From a virus, in the IMG/VR virus record IMGVR_UViG_2924798928_000002: 64,000 nucleotides of DNA; one strand, written 5' to 3'. The translations under genes were made by a program, and so were the position numbers. Below, in pieces: positions 27,558-37,870 of the stretch. The notes under the pieces are model-generated. The model saw only the letters and a program-made list of their open reading frames with translations. It searched no databases and was not told the origin of the DNA. Position 1 is the stretch's first letter, and each line of letters starts with the position of its first letter.

Positions 27558-28854
27558 TACCGTTCTTTATGACTATCAAAAGCGTTGGCTGAATGATAAA
27601 AGCCGATTCAAAGTGGCGATGTTTGCCCGACAAACAGGGAAAACATTTACGACCACGTTTGAAATTGTACTGGATTGTTTAGACGCAGAAGCTAAAGGCG
27701 AACGCACTCGCTGGGTGATTTTATCGCGCGGTGAGCGCCAAGCTAAAGAAGCCATGAATGAAGGCGTAAAACGCCATCTTGAAGCCTTGGGTATGGTCTG
27801 CGAGGTACTTGAAGTGCCTTTCAAAGACGATACCACTATTAACGCCCTTGAAGTTGTCTTCCCTAACGGTTCAAAAATCACCGCACTGCCTGCTAATCCT
27901 GACACCGCACGGGGGTTTTCTGCCAATGTATTTCTGGATGAATTTGCCTTCCATGCAGATAGCCGTGAAATTTGGAAAGCTCTGTTCCCCGTCATATCTG
28001 CCGGTTGGAAATTGCGCGTAGTTTCTACGCCGAATGGTAAAGGCAATAAATTTTATGAATTGATGACTGACCTAGACAACACTGAATGGTCTCGCCATAC
28101 CGTTGATATTTATCAAGCGGTAGCGGACGGCTTACCACGTGACATTGACCAACTCCGTCGTGGCTTGAATGATGAAGATGCATGGGCACAAGAGTTCGAA
28201 CTCAAATGGTTAGACGAAGCAAGTGCATGGTTATCTTACGATTTGATTGATGCCGTAGAACATTCTGATGCCGGCAAGCCCGAGCTTTATCAAGGTGGCG
28301 CTTGTTTTGTGGGCATGGATATTGCCGCGCGTGGTGACTTAACCGTCATTTGGGTATTGGAGTTGGTCGGCGATATTTATTGGACGCGTGAGCTCATTAC
28401 ACTCAAACGCGTGCCATTGCGCGAGCAGTTGGAAGAACTCAACCGTGTTATGAAACAATATCACGTAGTAGGCGGAAACCTCGACCAAACTGGGATGGGC
28501 GAAAAAATGGTAGAAGACGCTCAGTACGAACACGGCAAACGTATTCAAGGCACGCTCTTTAATGTTTCCACTAAACTCAAAATGGCCACCATTGGTAAAA
28601 CCGCCTTTGAAGACCGCAAGATTCGTATTCCGCAAGGCAACAGCGATTTGCGAGAAGATTTGCACAAATTGAAAAAGGTTACAGGCTCAAACGGACAGCC
28701 ACGCTTTACCGCAGAAAGCGACAGCAACGGACACGCCGACCGCACGTGGGCGTGCTTTTTAGCCTTAACTGCCGCTACTGAAGCAGTAATGCAACCTGTA
28801 ATGGCACACAGCCGTAAACCGCGTGCCAGTCGCAAAATGACCCAAGGATATTAA
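27544..28854 (+). CDS. Terminase large subunit
   Basis: ARQTGKT, LDEFAF, STPNG, GMDIA, HADR. Confidence 0.93.
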   Translation: MASNNTVLYDYQKRWLNDKSRFKVAMFARQTGKTFTTTFEIVLDCLDAEAKGERTRWVILSRGERQAKEAMNEGVKRHLEALGMVCEVLEVPFKDDTTINALEVVFPNGSKITALPANPDTARGFSANVFLDEFAFHADSREIWKALFPVISAGWKLRVVSTPNGKGNKFYELMTDLDNTEWSRHTVDIYQAVADGLPRDIDQLRRGLNDEDAWAQEFELKWLDEASAWLSYDLIDAVEHSDAGKPELYQGGACFVGMDIAARGDLTVIWVLELVGDIYWTRELITLKRVPLREQLEELNRVMKQYHVVGGNLDQTGMGEKMVEDAQYEHGKRIQGTLFNVSTKLKMATIGKTAFEDRKIRIPQGNSDLREDLHKLKKVTGSNGQPRFTAESDSNGHADRTWACFLALTAATEAVMQPVMAHSRKPRASRKMTQGY

Positions 28855-28856
28855 CT

Positions 28857-30326
28857 ATGACAGCGAAGAAACAAGATTTAATCGGCGTTATCGCGACCCG
28901 CGCCAAAGCTATCGACTTTTGGTCGTTTATGCACTATTTACCCAACCCTGATCCTGTTTTGAAAAAAATGGGCAAGGACATTTCGGCTTATCGCGAAATC
29001 CTATCCGATAGCCACGTGGGTGGCTGTGTACGAAGACGTAAGGCAGCAATCAAAGGGCTTGAATGGCGCCTTACCCCAACTGGTAACGAAAAAACGGACG
29101 AGATTTTGACCGCACTTTTCGACCGCTTGCCAGTGAGCCAAATCATCAACCAAATTTTAGATGCTACCCTGTTTGGCTACCAAGCCTTGGAAGTCATGTG
29201 GGAAAACCAAAACGGCTTATTATTACCCGTTGCTGTAGTGGGTAAACCGCAGGAATGGTTTGTGTTCGATGAAGAAAACCGTTTAATGCTCCGCACCAAA
29301 GATAACCGCAACGGCGATCTTGTTCCGGAAAAGAAATTCTTACTTGCGACACAACAAGCGGACTATATGAATCCTTACGGACGTGCCGACCTTGCGATGT
29401 GTTTTTGGGCGGCGACCTTCAAGAAAGGTGGCTTTAAATTCTGGCTCGAATTCATGGAAAAATACGGTTCGCCTTGGCTAGTCGGCAAACATCCTCGTCA
29501 AGCGCAGGTGCATGAAATTAATGAGCTATTGGCCAGTATGGAAGAAATGCTCGGTACGGCGGTGGCAGCAATCCCCGAAGATAGCTCTATTTCTATGTTA
29601 GAAAGCGCAAGCAAAAGCGGGTCATCACAAGTGTTTGATGATTTCCTGCGTTACTGCAAGTCTGAAATCGCCATTGCGTTATTGGGGCAAAACCAAACAA
29701 CCGAAGCGGAAGCCAACCGTGCCAGCGCAACGGCGGGCTTGGAAGTGACGCTCGACATTCGCGATGACGACGCAAGCCTTGTGGAAGGCGTATTCAATCA
29801 ATTATTGGCGTGGATTTGCGAGCTGAATTTCAGTGTAGAAACCTTGCCGACCTTTGATTTGTACGAACAGGAAAGCATTGACAAACTCCAAGCGGAACGT
29901 GATGGCTTACTGGTTGGCTTGGGCGTGCAATTTACCGAACAATACTTAATGCGCACCTATGGCTTTGAAGAGGGCGACATTGTGGTGCAAGAAATCTCCC
30001 CTAACCTATCTTTACAAAAGAAGGGAACGGATAAGGTGGATTTTGCCGAGCCAATTCCAAAATCTATCGTGGATAGCATTGGTGAGCAGTTGGAAGTCGA
30101 AGGCGAACCGTTCGTGGAGGAATGGCTACAAACCATCAAAGACCAACTTTCACAGGCTGAAAGCCTGGAAGACTTCCGTCATCAGCTTGACAGTTTAATT
30201 CCTGAATTGAGTTTCGCCGAATATGGCAAGGTGATGGCGTGGGCATCAACTACCGCGCATTTTGCCGGTCGTCAATCCGTAGAAGATGAGCGCACCAAGT
30301 CCCCCTCTTTAGCAAAGAGGGGTTAG
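28857..30326 (+). CDS. Portal protein (Mu gp29/DUF935)
   Basis: NPYG, EKYGSP, ALLGQ motifs. Confidence 0.9.
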   Translation: MTAKKQDLIGVIATRAKAIDFWSFMHYLPNPDPVLKKMGKDISAYREILSDSHVGGCVRRRKAAIKGLEWRLTPTGNEKTDEILTALFDRLPVSQIINQILDATLFGYQALEVMWENQNGLLLPVAVVGKPQEWFVFDEENRLMLRTKDNRNGDLVPEKKFLLATQQADYMNPYGRADLAMCFWAATFKKGGFKFWLEFMEKYGSPWLVGKHPRQAQVHEINELLASMEEMLGTAVAAIPEDSSISMLESASKSGSSQVFDDFLRYCKSEIAIALLGQNQTTEAEANRASATAGLEVTLDIRDDDASLVEGVFNQLLAWICELNFSVETLPTFDLYEQESIDKLQAERDGLLVGLGVQFTEQYLMRTYGFEEGDIVVQEISPNLSLQKKGTDKVDFAEPIPKSIVDSIGEQLEVEGEPFVEEWLQTIKDQLSQAESLEDFRHQLDSLIPELSFAEYGKVMAWASTTAHFAGRQSVEDERTKSPSLAKRG

Positions 30327-30338
30327 GGGAGATTTGGC

Positions 30339-31592
30339 ATGAAGTTCACTTTTGAAGAGCAGGTCAAATATTTTGAGAAGAAACTCAATTTACCGACCAA
30401 CAGTTATTTAGACGTGCTGGGCGAAGAACATGATTATTTCTTCATGGTCGCCGGGGCGAATCGTAACGAAGTGCTTACAGCGTTTCGCGAAGCGGTGGAT
30501 GACGCGATTTCTAACGGTGAAACCCTTGAAGGTTTCCGTAAGCGCTTTGACGAGATTGTGGCAAATACCGGCTGGCAATATAACGGAGGTCGCAACTGGC
30601 GCACACGGATTATTTACGACACCAACGTTTATGGTGCATATAACCGTGGGCGTTTAAAACAACATTTAGACTTGGCGGATGTATTGCCTTATTGGGAATA
30701 TCACCATCACGACAATGCGCACCCACGCCAAAAACATATCGACCTAGACGGCACGATTTTACCGGCGACTGATCCGTTTTGGCGCTATTATTACCCAATC
30801 AAAGCGTACGGTTGCCACTGCACTGTATCAGCGCATGATGAAGACGACTTAGCCGAAATGGGTAAAACCGTGAGCTCATCGCCTGAAATTGAGTGGGAAG
30901 AAAAACTGGTGGGCGTGCGTTCCGGCAATCCGCGCACGGTGCGTGTGCCGAAAGGTTATGATGTAGGTTTTGCGCCCTACAACTTTGAACGCCTCACCCA
31001 ATCCCGAGATGTGGACGTGGACAAGCTGTTACTGCAAAAAATAACTATGGCAGAACCGCACTTAGCCAGTCTGCTGATTGATGACGTGCTGAAAAATCCG
31101 AAAGCCATGGTGTTGTTAAACGGCGCGATGAAAGACATGGTGGATACCGTCAACACGCAAAAAATAGCGCGCGGCAATATGAAATACGTGGGCGTGATTC
31201 CGGAAAACGTGATCACCAAATTAGACAATTTGGATAAAGCCCCACAAAGTGCGGTGATTGCGGTGCGTGATGATGACGTATTGCATGCACTACGCGACAG
31301 CAAACAAGCCAAGGGAATCAGCTTGCCTGTAGAATTTTGGGAACAGTTGCCAGAAAAGCTACGCCATCCGAAGGTGATTTTATTGGACGACCAACAAAAA
31401 CAACCGACCCTGTTATTCGTCTATGAAACCGAACAAGGTAAAGTGGCGGTTAAAATGGACTATGAAATCAAGCTAAAAGACGTGTTGAGCGGTAAGAAAC
31501 TACCACATAAATTGAACATGGTCAGAACAGCAAGTCGTTTAGAAGATTTAAGCGCGTTAGGACGTTTTAAAGTGTTATATGGAGAATTGTGA
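30339..31592 (+). CDS. MuF head morphogenesis protein with C-terminal BECR-like domain
   Basis: IYDTN, HPRQKH, YPIKAYGCHC; C-terminal LHALR...LPEKLRHP...VRT. Confidence 0.85.
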   Translation: MKFTFEEQVKYFEKKLNLPTNSYLDVLGEEHDYFFMVAGANRNEVLTAFREAVDDAISNGETLEGFRKRFDEIVANTGWQYNGGRNWRTRIIYDTNVYGAYNRGRLKQHLDLADVLPYWEYHHHDNAHPRQKHIDLDGTILPATDPFWRYYYPIKAYGCHCTVSAHDEDDLAEMGKTVSSSPEIEWEEKLVGVRSGNPRTVRVPKGYDVGFAPYNFERLTQSRDVDVDKLLLQKITMAEPHLASLLIDDVLKNPKAMVLLNGAMKDMVDTVNTQKIARGNMKYVGVIPENVITKLDNLDKAPQSAVIAVRDDDVLHALRDSKQAKGISLPVEFWEQLPEKLRHPKVILLDDQQKQPTLLFVYETEQGKVAVKMDYEIKLKDVLSGKKLPHKLNMVRTASRLEDLSALGRFKVLYGEL

Positions 31593-31596
31593 TTAT

Positions 31597-31673
31597 TGCG
31601 GTGGTTTGCCTGATTCGAACAGGATAATGCGGGCTTATGCCAAGCAACCTTTCCAGTAGGAAACCCCCACCGC
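31597..31673 (-). ncRNA. tRNA-like antisense RNA (77 nt)
   Basis: 7-bp closing stem GCGGTGG/CCACCGC; T-arm CCTG-TTCGAAT-CAGG; promoter TTGATT-17bp-TATATT directly upstream. Confidence 0.6.
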
Positions 31674-31717
31674 ACCACCAATATACGCCCAAGTTATTTT
31701 TTAATCAAGAGAAACCC

Positions 31718-32218
31718 ATGTTAAAAATCACCTTAGACGACAACCAGGCGATTCGAAAGCTCACAAAAATCGTAAGCCAATTGCAACACCCGCGCAAACT
31801 CTACGGCTTATTGGGCGAAACCTTGAAGAAAATTCATGCCGACCGATTTAAAGCTGAAGTTGCGCCCGATGGTAAAAAATGGCAACCCCTTTCCCCTATT
31901 ACACGGGAAATAAAAGGAAATGATCAGATACTAAAACAGGGAGGTTATTTATCACAAAAGACAGCATACAATTATGATGATAATCGTCTTGAGTTTGGTT
32001 CCGATGCAAAATATGCCAAACTGCACCAGTTCGGTGGCGTAATTAGACCGAAGAAAGGCAAGCGGTTAAAATTTGGAAAAGGGAGTAATACCGTTTATGC
32101 TAAACAGTCTAAAATTCCTGCGCGTCCATGGTTGGGAGTGAATGCTCAGGACGAACAAAAATTTCTGAAAAAAGCCACCGCACTTTTGCAACGCCAAATC
32201 GACCAAAATTTAAGATAA
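31718..32218 (+). CDS. Virion morphogenesis protein (Mu G-like)
   Basis: APDGKKWQPLS, YAKLHQFGG, IPARPWLG. Confidence 0.88.
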   Translation: MLKITLDDNQAIRKLTKIVSQLQHPRKLYGLLGETLKKIHADRFKAEVAPDGKKWQPLSPITREIKGNDQILKQGGYLSQKTAYNYDDNRLEFGSDAKYAKLHQFGGVIRPKKGKRLKFGKGSNTVYAKQSKIPARPWLGVNAQDEQKFLKKATALLQRQIDQNLR

Positions 32219-32467
32219 CTACTAAAAATCAAAATAACGCCACAAAATCGCGCGGTGGCGTTTTAATTTAAAAATAATGTAATTTATCGTCTTAAAAAAT
32301 TTAAACGCACTTAAACGCATTTAAACGCCTCTTAAACCGTTTTAGATTTGTAGGTTATGTGTATTTCACTTCAAACGGAATTTATCCCTCTTTTATTCTT
32401 TCAATCACTTTAAAATCCAAACTTATCATTTTCGCCTATGCTAGCGGTATTCAAACGAGGATACCTT

Positions 32468-33565
32468 ATGCAACTAATCGAAATTTTCAAAGCAGGCAAA
32501 CGCACCGACGCAAATGGCGTGGAAGTGGAAATCACTACAGCCGATTTGCAACAAGCCGTTGACGCTTACAACATCAATTTTCACGAATCCCCTGCGGTGA
32601 TCGGTCACCCCAAACACAACGCCCCTGCTTATGGCTGGGTAAAACGTCTTGAGTTAGACGGTGATGTATTGAAAGCCGAGTTCGACCAAATTGATCCCGA
32701 GTTCGCGGAAATGGTGGAAAAAGGGCGATTCAAGAAAATCTCTTCCTCTTTTTATTTGCCCGATAGCCCGAATAACCCTTGCCCCGGTAACTTGTATTTA
32801 CGCCATGTCGGCTTTTTAGGAGCGATGCCACCGGCTGTAAAAGGCTTACGCAACCCAGAATTTGCGGAAAACGAACAAGGTGTGGTGGACTTTTCCGATT
32901 GGGCAGAAGCCAGTCTTTGGCGTCGCTTGCGGGATTGGATTATCGGCACGCACGGACAGGAAGAAGCAGACAAAGCTGTGCCAGATTATTTGGTGGCAAG
33001 TGTGCAAGAAGAATCCATTCGCAATGATTTAAAACGGTATCAACAAGACGAAATAGGTATTCCAATGCCTAGTTTTAATGAACCTAATCAACCTTCAGAA
33101 CCACAAGGAGAACCTGAAATGACCCCTGAAGAAATTGAACAGCTCAAGGCAGAAAACCAACAGTTGAAAGCCGAAAAAGCTGAAGCATTACTGAATCAAG
33201 CCAAAGCCGACAATGCCGACTTTGCCGAAGGTTTAGTCAAAGCGGGCAAATTAGCCCCAGTGGCGAAACAACAAGCCATCGATTTATTGAATTACGGCTC
33301 GACAACTGCCGCCGGTAGCGTGGTTGAGTTTGGTGAAGGTGAAAGCCTACATGGCAAAATCAAAGCGTTTTTAGAAGCTCAGCCGCAAATTGTGGAATTT
33401 GGCGAAGTCGCGACTAAAGACAAAGCCGCAGGCGCAGAAGACGGTACGGTGCAATATGCCGAAGGTACGTCAGCTGACGCCATCGACATGGACAAAAAAG
33501 TCCGTGCTTATATGAAAGAACACAATGTGGACTACACAGCCGCATTTAACGCAATCACTCAATAA
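32468..33565 (+). CDS. Head protease/scaffold (Mu I/Z-like)
   Basis: GHP..NAPAYGWV, LRHVGFLGAMPPAVKGL; internal RBS and ATG at 33119. Confidence 0.88.
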   Translation: MQLIEIFKAGKRTDANGVEVEITTADLQQAVDAYNINFHESPAVIGHPKHNAPAYGWVKRLELDGDVLKAEFDQIDPEFAEMVEKGRFKKISSSFYLPDSPNNPCPGNLYLRHVGFLGAMPPAVKGLRNPEFAENEQGVVDFSDWAEASLWRRLRDWIIGTHGQEEADKAVPDYLVASVQEESIRNDLKRYQQDEIGIPMPSFNEPNQPSEPQGEPEMTPEEIEQLKAENQQLKAEKAEALLNQAKADNADFAEGLVKAGKLAPVAKQQAIDLLNYGSTTAAGSVVEFGEGESLHGKIKAFLEAQPQIVEFGEVATKDKAAGAEDGTVQYAEGTSADAIDMDKKVRAYMKEHNVDYTAAFNAITQ

Positions 33566-33577
33566 AGGAGCAAATCA

Positions 33578-34504
33578 ATGACTGATTTATCAAAACAACG
33601 CGTCGTTGACCCGGTATTAACCGAACTCGCGCAAGGCTATTACAACGGCAATATGATTTCCGAAGTGTTATTCCCGGTTGCCGAAACGCAAAAAGAAGGC
33701 GGTAAAATCCCGACATTCGGCCGTTTGGCGTTCCGTTTACAAACCACTAAACGTGAACTCCGCGCAAAATCAAACCGTTTAACACCAGAAGATATTGGAT
33801 CATTGACTGTTGTTTTAGAAGAAAACGACATCGAATACCCGATTGATATCCGTGAAGTGAATGAAACTGAAGGTGTATATCCGTTGCGTCAATACGCCAC
33901 CGGTGTTACTCAGGATGTTATTGCCCTTGGCCGTGAAAAAGCTTGTGCGGACTTAGCTTTAGACGAAGCCAATTACGAAACCACAAACAAAGTGACCTTA
34001 AGCGGCACGTCTCAATTTACCGACCCTAATTCAGACCCTATTGGTGTGATTAAAACCGGTATTCGTGCAATTAAACGCACCACTGGCCGCAAACCAAACG
34101 TTTGTGCAATTTCTGGCGACGTGTGGGAAGTGTTAAGCGAACACCCAAAAGTATTAGAAAAAATCAAATACGTGGCTACTGCTGTATTAACTCCGGAAGA
34201 CTTTGCAAAATTAATCAAAGTAGATCGTGTTGTTGTGGGTGAAGCAGTGCATGAACAAGCGGGTGAATTAAAAGATATTTGGTCGAAAGCGATTGTATTG
34301 GCTTATGTTGCGCCGGCATCAAAAGAACAAAAACAAAATATCTACGAGCCATCATTTGGTTATACCGTACGCCGTAAAAACGGCTTGTATGTGGATACCT
34401 ACAAAGAAGTGGGCGGTAAAGTTGAAATTGTTCGCACTACCGATATCAACAAACCGTACATTGTGGGTAAAGCCGCCGGTTACTTAATCAAAGGCTGTAT
34501 TTAA
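33578..34504 (+). CDS. Major capsid protein
   Basis: VDPVLTELAQGY; follows the protease gene. Confidence 0.85.
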   Translation: MTDLSKQRVVDPVLTELAQGYYNGNMISEVLFPVAETQKEGGKIPTFGRLAFRLQTTKRELRAKSNRLTPEDIGSLTVVLEENDIEYPIDIREVNETEGVYPLRQYATGVTQDVIALGREKACADLALDEANYETTNKVTLSGTSQFTDPNSDPIGVIKTGIRAIKRTTGRKPNVCAISGDVWEVLSEHPKVLEKIKYVATAVLTPEDFAKLIKVDRVVVGEAVHEQAGELKDIWSKAIVLAYVAPASKEQKQNIYEPSFGYTVRRKNGLYVDTYKEVGGKVEIVRTTDINKPYIVGKAAGYLIKGCI

Positions 34505-34575
34505 ACCCGATTCAAACCGCATTTAAACCCGTTTTAAGTGCGGTTGATTTTGACCTTATTTTTTAGGAGATAACC

Positions 34576-34926
34576 ATGTCCGAAACACAAAAAAAAGCCT
34601 ATTTGGTAGCCGCCGCGATAGCAATTTTGCACAACGGTAAACGCTACGAGCAAGGAGACAAAATCGAACTGACCGATGAAGAAGCGGAAAAAAATTCGCT
34701 TTACATTGTATTAGACGACACCGAAGCAGAACGCCAACAAGCTGAAGCAGAAGCCGAAAAACAACGTTTAGCGGCAGAAGAAGCTGCTGAAAAGGCGGCG
34801 CAAGAAGCGGCTGAAAAGGAAGCGAAGGCAAAAGCCGAAGCGGAGAAAAAAGCGCAGGAAGCAGCTAAAAAAAGCGGACAAGCTGACAAAGACGTCCAAG
34901 ATAACAAAGATAAGGACGAGCAATAA
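34576..34926 (+). CDS. Hypothetical head protein (Mu gp35-like position)
   Basis: HNGKRYEQGD plus E/A/K-rich helix. Confidence 0.65.
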   Translation: MSETQKKAYLVAAAIAILHNGKRYEQGDKIELTDEEAEKNSLYIVLDDTEAERQQAEAEAEKQRLAAEEAAEKAAQEAAEKEAKAKAEAEKKAQEAAKKSGQADKDVQDNKDKDEQ

Positions 34927-35360
34927 TGTACATCTCGGCACAAGATTTAACGGAAGTGATGAGCGAAAGCACGCTGATTGCGTTATCTAACGATACATCA
35001 CGTGCTACCGAAGTAGACCAAGCTGTACTTAACAACGCCTGCGCTTACGCCATGGAAATCGTGGACGGTTATTTACGCTCGCGTTATGTGTTGCCGTTAA
35101 ACCAAGTGCCGACCCTTGTGCGCAATATCTGTTTGCAACTGGCGCGTTTTTGGTTGTATTCACGCCGTCCGGAAGGCAAAGGCTTTCCGGATAATGTGAA
35201 GGAAACCCACACACAAGCCTTGAAGGATTTGGAACGGATTCAAAACGGCAAGTTACACCTTGGTTTAACCGAACTAGGCTCAGCCCAAGATGACAACCTG
35301 CCGTCCGCTCTTAAATTCAAAACAAAGGCTCCGCAGAAACTGGATTTATCAGGATATTAA
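34926..35360 (+). CDS. Mu gp36-like head-tail adaptor
   Basis: DGYLRSRYVLPL, LERIQNGKLHLG. Confidence 0.85.
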   Translation: MYISAQDLTEVMSESTLIALSNDTSRATEVDQAVLNNACAYAMEIVDGYLRSRYVLPLNQVPTLVRNICLQLARFWLYSRRPEGKGFPDNVKETHTQALKDLERIQNGKLHLGLTELGSAQDDNLPSALKFKTKAPQKLDLSGY

Positions 35361-35361
35361 G

Positions 35362-35847
35362 ATGAGTGCCACTCTCCCGATTTTAGACAGCATCCGCAAG
35401 CGGATTGAAGACAAAACGGAACAGTTCAGCATTGAATTATTTCCTGATGATTTAGAACACTACAACCTCACCGACGAATTCGGTGCGGTATTGGTGCAAT
35501 ATGCCGGCTCGAAGTTTGAAAGCATTGACAGCGTGGACATTATCCAACAACGCCGCATAGTAATGATTGCTCTTACGGTAATCGCCCGTAGTCAGCATGA
35601 CGACCACGGTGCGGTGGATATGTTGGATAAAATTCGCCTGGCCGTAGTAGGCTTTAAGCCGACCAACTGTACCGCCTGTAGTCTGATCAGTGAGGAGTTC
35701 GCCGGTGAAGCGGACGGACTTTGGCAATATCAGCTGATGGTGCAAACGGAAACGTGGCAAGTGGAGCTTTGCGAATCCAAAGATTTACCTAAATTTACCA
35801 CCGCACTTTATCGCCGTGCGGACAACCTTAAACCTAATCAACCCTAG
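35362..35847 (+). CDS. Mu gp37-like protein
   Basis: GAVLVQYAGS, GLWQY. Confidence 0.78.
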   Translation: MSATLPILDSIRKRIEDKTEQFSIELFPDDLEHYNLTDEFGAVLVQYAGSKFESIDSVDIIQQRRIVMIALTVIARSQHDDHGAVDMLDKIRLAVVGFKPTNCTACSLISEEFAGEADGLWQYQLMVQTETWQVELCESKDLPKFTTALYRRADNLKPNQP

Positions 35848-35856
35848 GAGATAACT

Positions 35857-37239
35857 ATGGCATTTCATCATGGGACGAAAACGATACGCGTGACAGGTGG
35901 CTCTGTTGCGGTGGAAACTGTGGACGGTGCGATTATCGGTATCGTCGGTACAGCCCCAATTGGGGCGGTGAATGAACTCACCGTGTGCCAAACCACCAAA
36001 GACTTTTCAAAATTTGGTGTCATCTTAAATAAAGGCTTTACCTTGCCTGATGCCTTTGACGTACTATCGCGTTATGCAGCAGGGAAAGTATATGTGGTCA
36101 ATGTATTAGATACTGCAAAACACAAAACTAACGTCAGCGACGAAGTGCTAACACAAGATAGCAACACATTACGTACGCAAACCGCTCACGCAGGCTTATT
36201 AAATTTAACCTTAGTTTCCGACCGCACTTTAACGGAAGGTGACGATTACACCGTAGATTTGCAAACAGGTGAAATTATCCTAAAAGCAAAACACAGTGAA
36301 TTAAAAGCTACCTACGATTACGCTGACCCAACCAAAGTGACGGAAGAAGACATCAAAGGCGGCATTGATTCAGCGACTGGCAAACGCAAAGGTTTTGAGT
36401 TATTGCGTGATGGCTTCAACCTTTACGGTGCGGACGCAAAAATTCTAATCTGCCCTGAGTTTGATAAAACAGCAAGTTGTGCTGCTGCACTTTCAACTCT
36501 TGCGGAACAGCTCAAAGCAGTAGCTTACGTGCAACTACCAAAAGGCACATCGCTTTCTAAAGCGATTCAAGCTCGCGGCCCGATTGGTGTATTGAATGCC
36601 TCCGCAAGTTCTGAACGTGTTCGTCATTTCTATCCCTATGCGCTTGGCTCAAGTAATACATTAGAAAGTTTAGCGGTACACGCGGCAGGCTTGCGGATGA
36701 AAACCGATACCGACAACGGCTACTGGTTCTCCACTTCTAACCGTCAATTACAAGGCGTAATAGGTATGGAAGTGCCTTTAACTGCTCGCGTAGACGATGA
36801 GCAATCGGAAACCAACCTACTTAACGCAGTCGGCATTACCACGATTTTCAATAGCTTTGGTACAGGTTTCCGCTTATGGGGTAACCGTTCATCAAACTAT
36901 CCAACGGTAACCCATATCATCAATTTTGAAACGGCATTGCGCACAGGTGACTTAATCGACGAAAGCATCCGTCGCACCGAGTTGCAATTTATTGACCGCC
37001 CAATTGATGATGCGTTGATTGACAGTTTATTGGAAACGGTAGACACCTATTTGCGAGCCTTACCAAGTATTGTAGGTTATCACGTCAGCCTTGACTACGA
37101 TACCGACTTAGTCGATGAATTTAGCAAAGGCCACGTGCCGTTGATGTATGAATACACGCCGAAATTGCCAGCCGAACTTATCAGCAATAAATCGGTAATG
37201 ACCCGTAAATACTTAGTGAACTTGGTGTCACAACGCTAG
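35857..37239 (+). CDS. Tail sheath protein (P2 FI-like)
   Basis: FHHG...IGIVGTA; SN; GFRLWGNR. Confidence 0.92.
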   Translation: MAFHHGTKTIRVTGGSVAVETVDGAIIGIVGTAPIGAVNELTVCQTTKDFSKFGVILNKGFTLPDAFDVLSRYAAGKVYVVNVLDTAKHKTNVSDEVLTQDSNTLRTQTAHAGLLNLTLVSDRTLTEGDDYTVDLQTGEIILKAKHSELKATYDYADPTKVTEEDIKGGIDSATGKRKGFELLRDGFNLYGADAKILICPEFDKTASCAAALSTLAEQLKAVAYVQLPKGTSLSKAIQARGPIGVLNASASSERVRHFYPYALGSSNTLESLAVHAAGLRMKTDTDNGYWFSTSNRQLQGVIGMEVPLTARVDDEQSETNLLNAVGITTIFNSFGTGFRLWGNRSSNYPTVTHIINFETALRTGDLIDESIRRTELQFIDRPIDDALIDSLLETVDTYLRALPSIVGYHVSLDYDTDLVDEFSKGHVPLMYEYTPKLPAELISNKSVMTRKYLVNLVSQR

Positions 37240-37251
37240 AAGGAGAAAATT

Positions 37252-37770
37252 ATGAGTACCGCAATTCATCAGATTGTGAACGCCAATGTCTATATGGACG
37301 GCAACTCGCTTTTGGGTAAAGCCAAAGAATTTAAATTGCCTGATCTTGAGTTTGAGTTCATTGAACACAAAGGCTTGGGGCTACACGGCACAGTAGAACT
37401 TCCGGCTGGCTTAAATGCAATGGAAGGTGAAGTGATTTGGGATAGCTTTTACCCTGAAGTGCGCGCAAGAGCCTACAATCCATACAAAAACGTGCAGTTG
37501 ATGGCGCGTTCTAATTTACAGGTGTTTGATTCTCGTGGCTTAGCGGCTGAAGAACCGCTTGTCACTATTATGAACGTGGCGTTTAACAAAACCACAGGTG
37601 GAAGTTTGAAGAATAAGGAAGCGACGGAACATTCTGATAGCTTCAAGATTTATTCGGTAAAACAAACACTCGCAGGAAAAGAAATTCTGTTTGTGGATGT
37701 GCTTGCAAACATCTACCGTGTAAACGGTCAGGATGTATTGCAAAAATACCGCACTAATATCGGTCAATAA
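37252..37770 (+). CDS. Tail tube protein (P2 FII-like)
   Basis: NANVYMDG..LLG, NIYRVNGQDVL. Confidence 0.9.
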   Translation: MSTAIHQIVNANVYMDGNSLLGKAKEFKLPDLEFEFIEHKGLGLHGTVELPAGLNAMEGEVIWDSFYPEVRARAYNPYKNVQLMARSNLQVFDSRGLAAEEPLVTIMNVAFNKTTGGSLKNKEATEHSDSFKIYSVKQTLAGKEILFVDVLANIYRVNGQDVLQKYRTNIGQ

Positions 37771-37870
37771 TGGCGTGAAAACCTTTAAACGCCTTTAAAA
37801 TCAACACAACCTCTAATGCGATATTCTCCTTTGTGAACGTTAAACAATACACTCACAAAGGAGTTTTTTT

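Noticed and set aside
31597..31673. Canonical tRNA gene
   Set aside because: No CCA, atypical D and anticodon arms, and extra CAAA between T-arm and acceptor stem; reported as tRNA-like instead
34720..34880. GCAGAA/GCGGAA-type tandem repeats
   Set aside because: Explained by a low-complexity E/A/K helix in the protein
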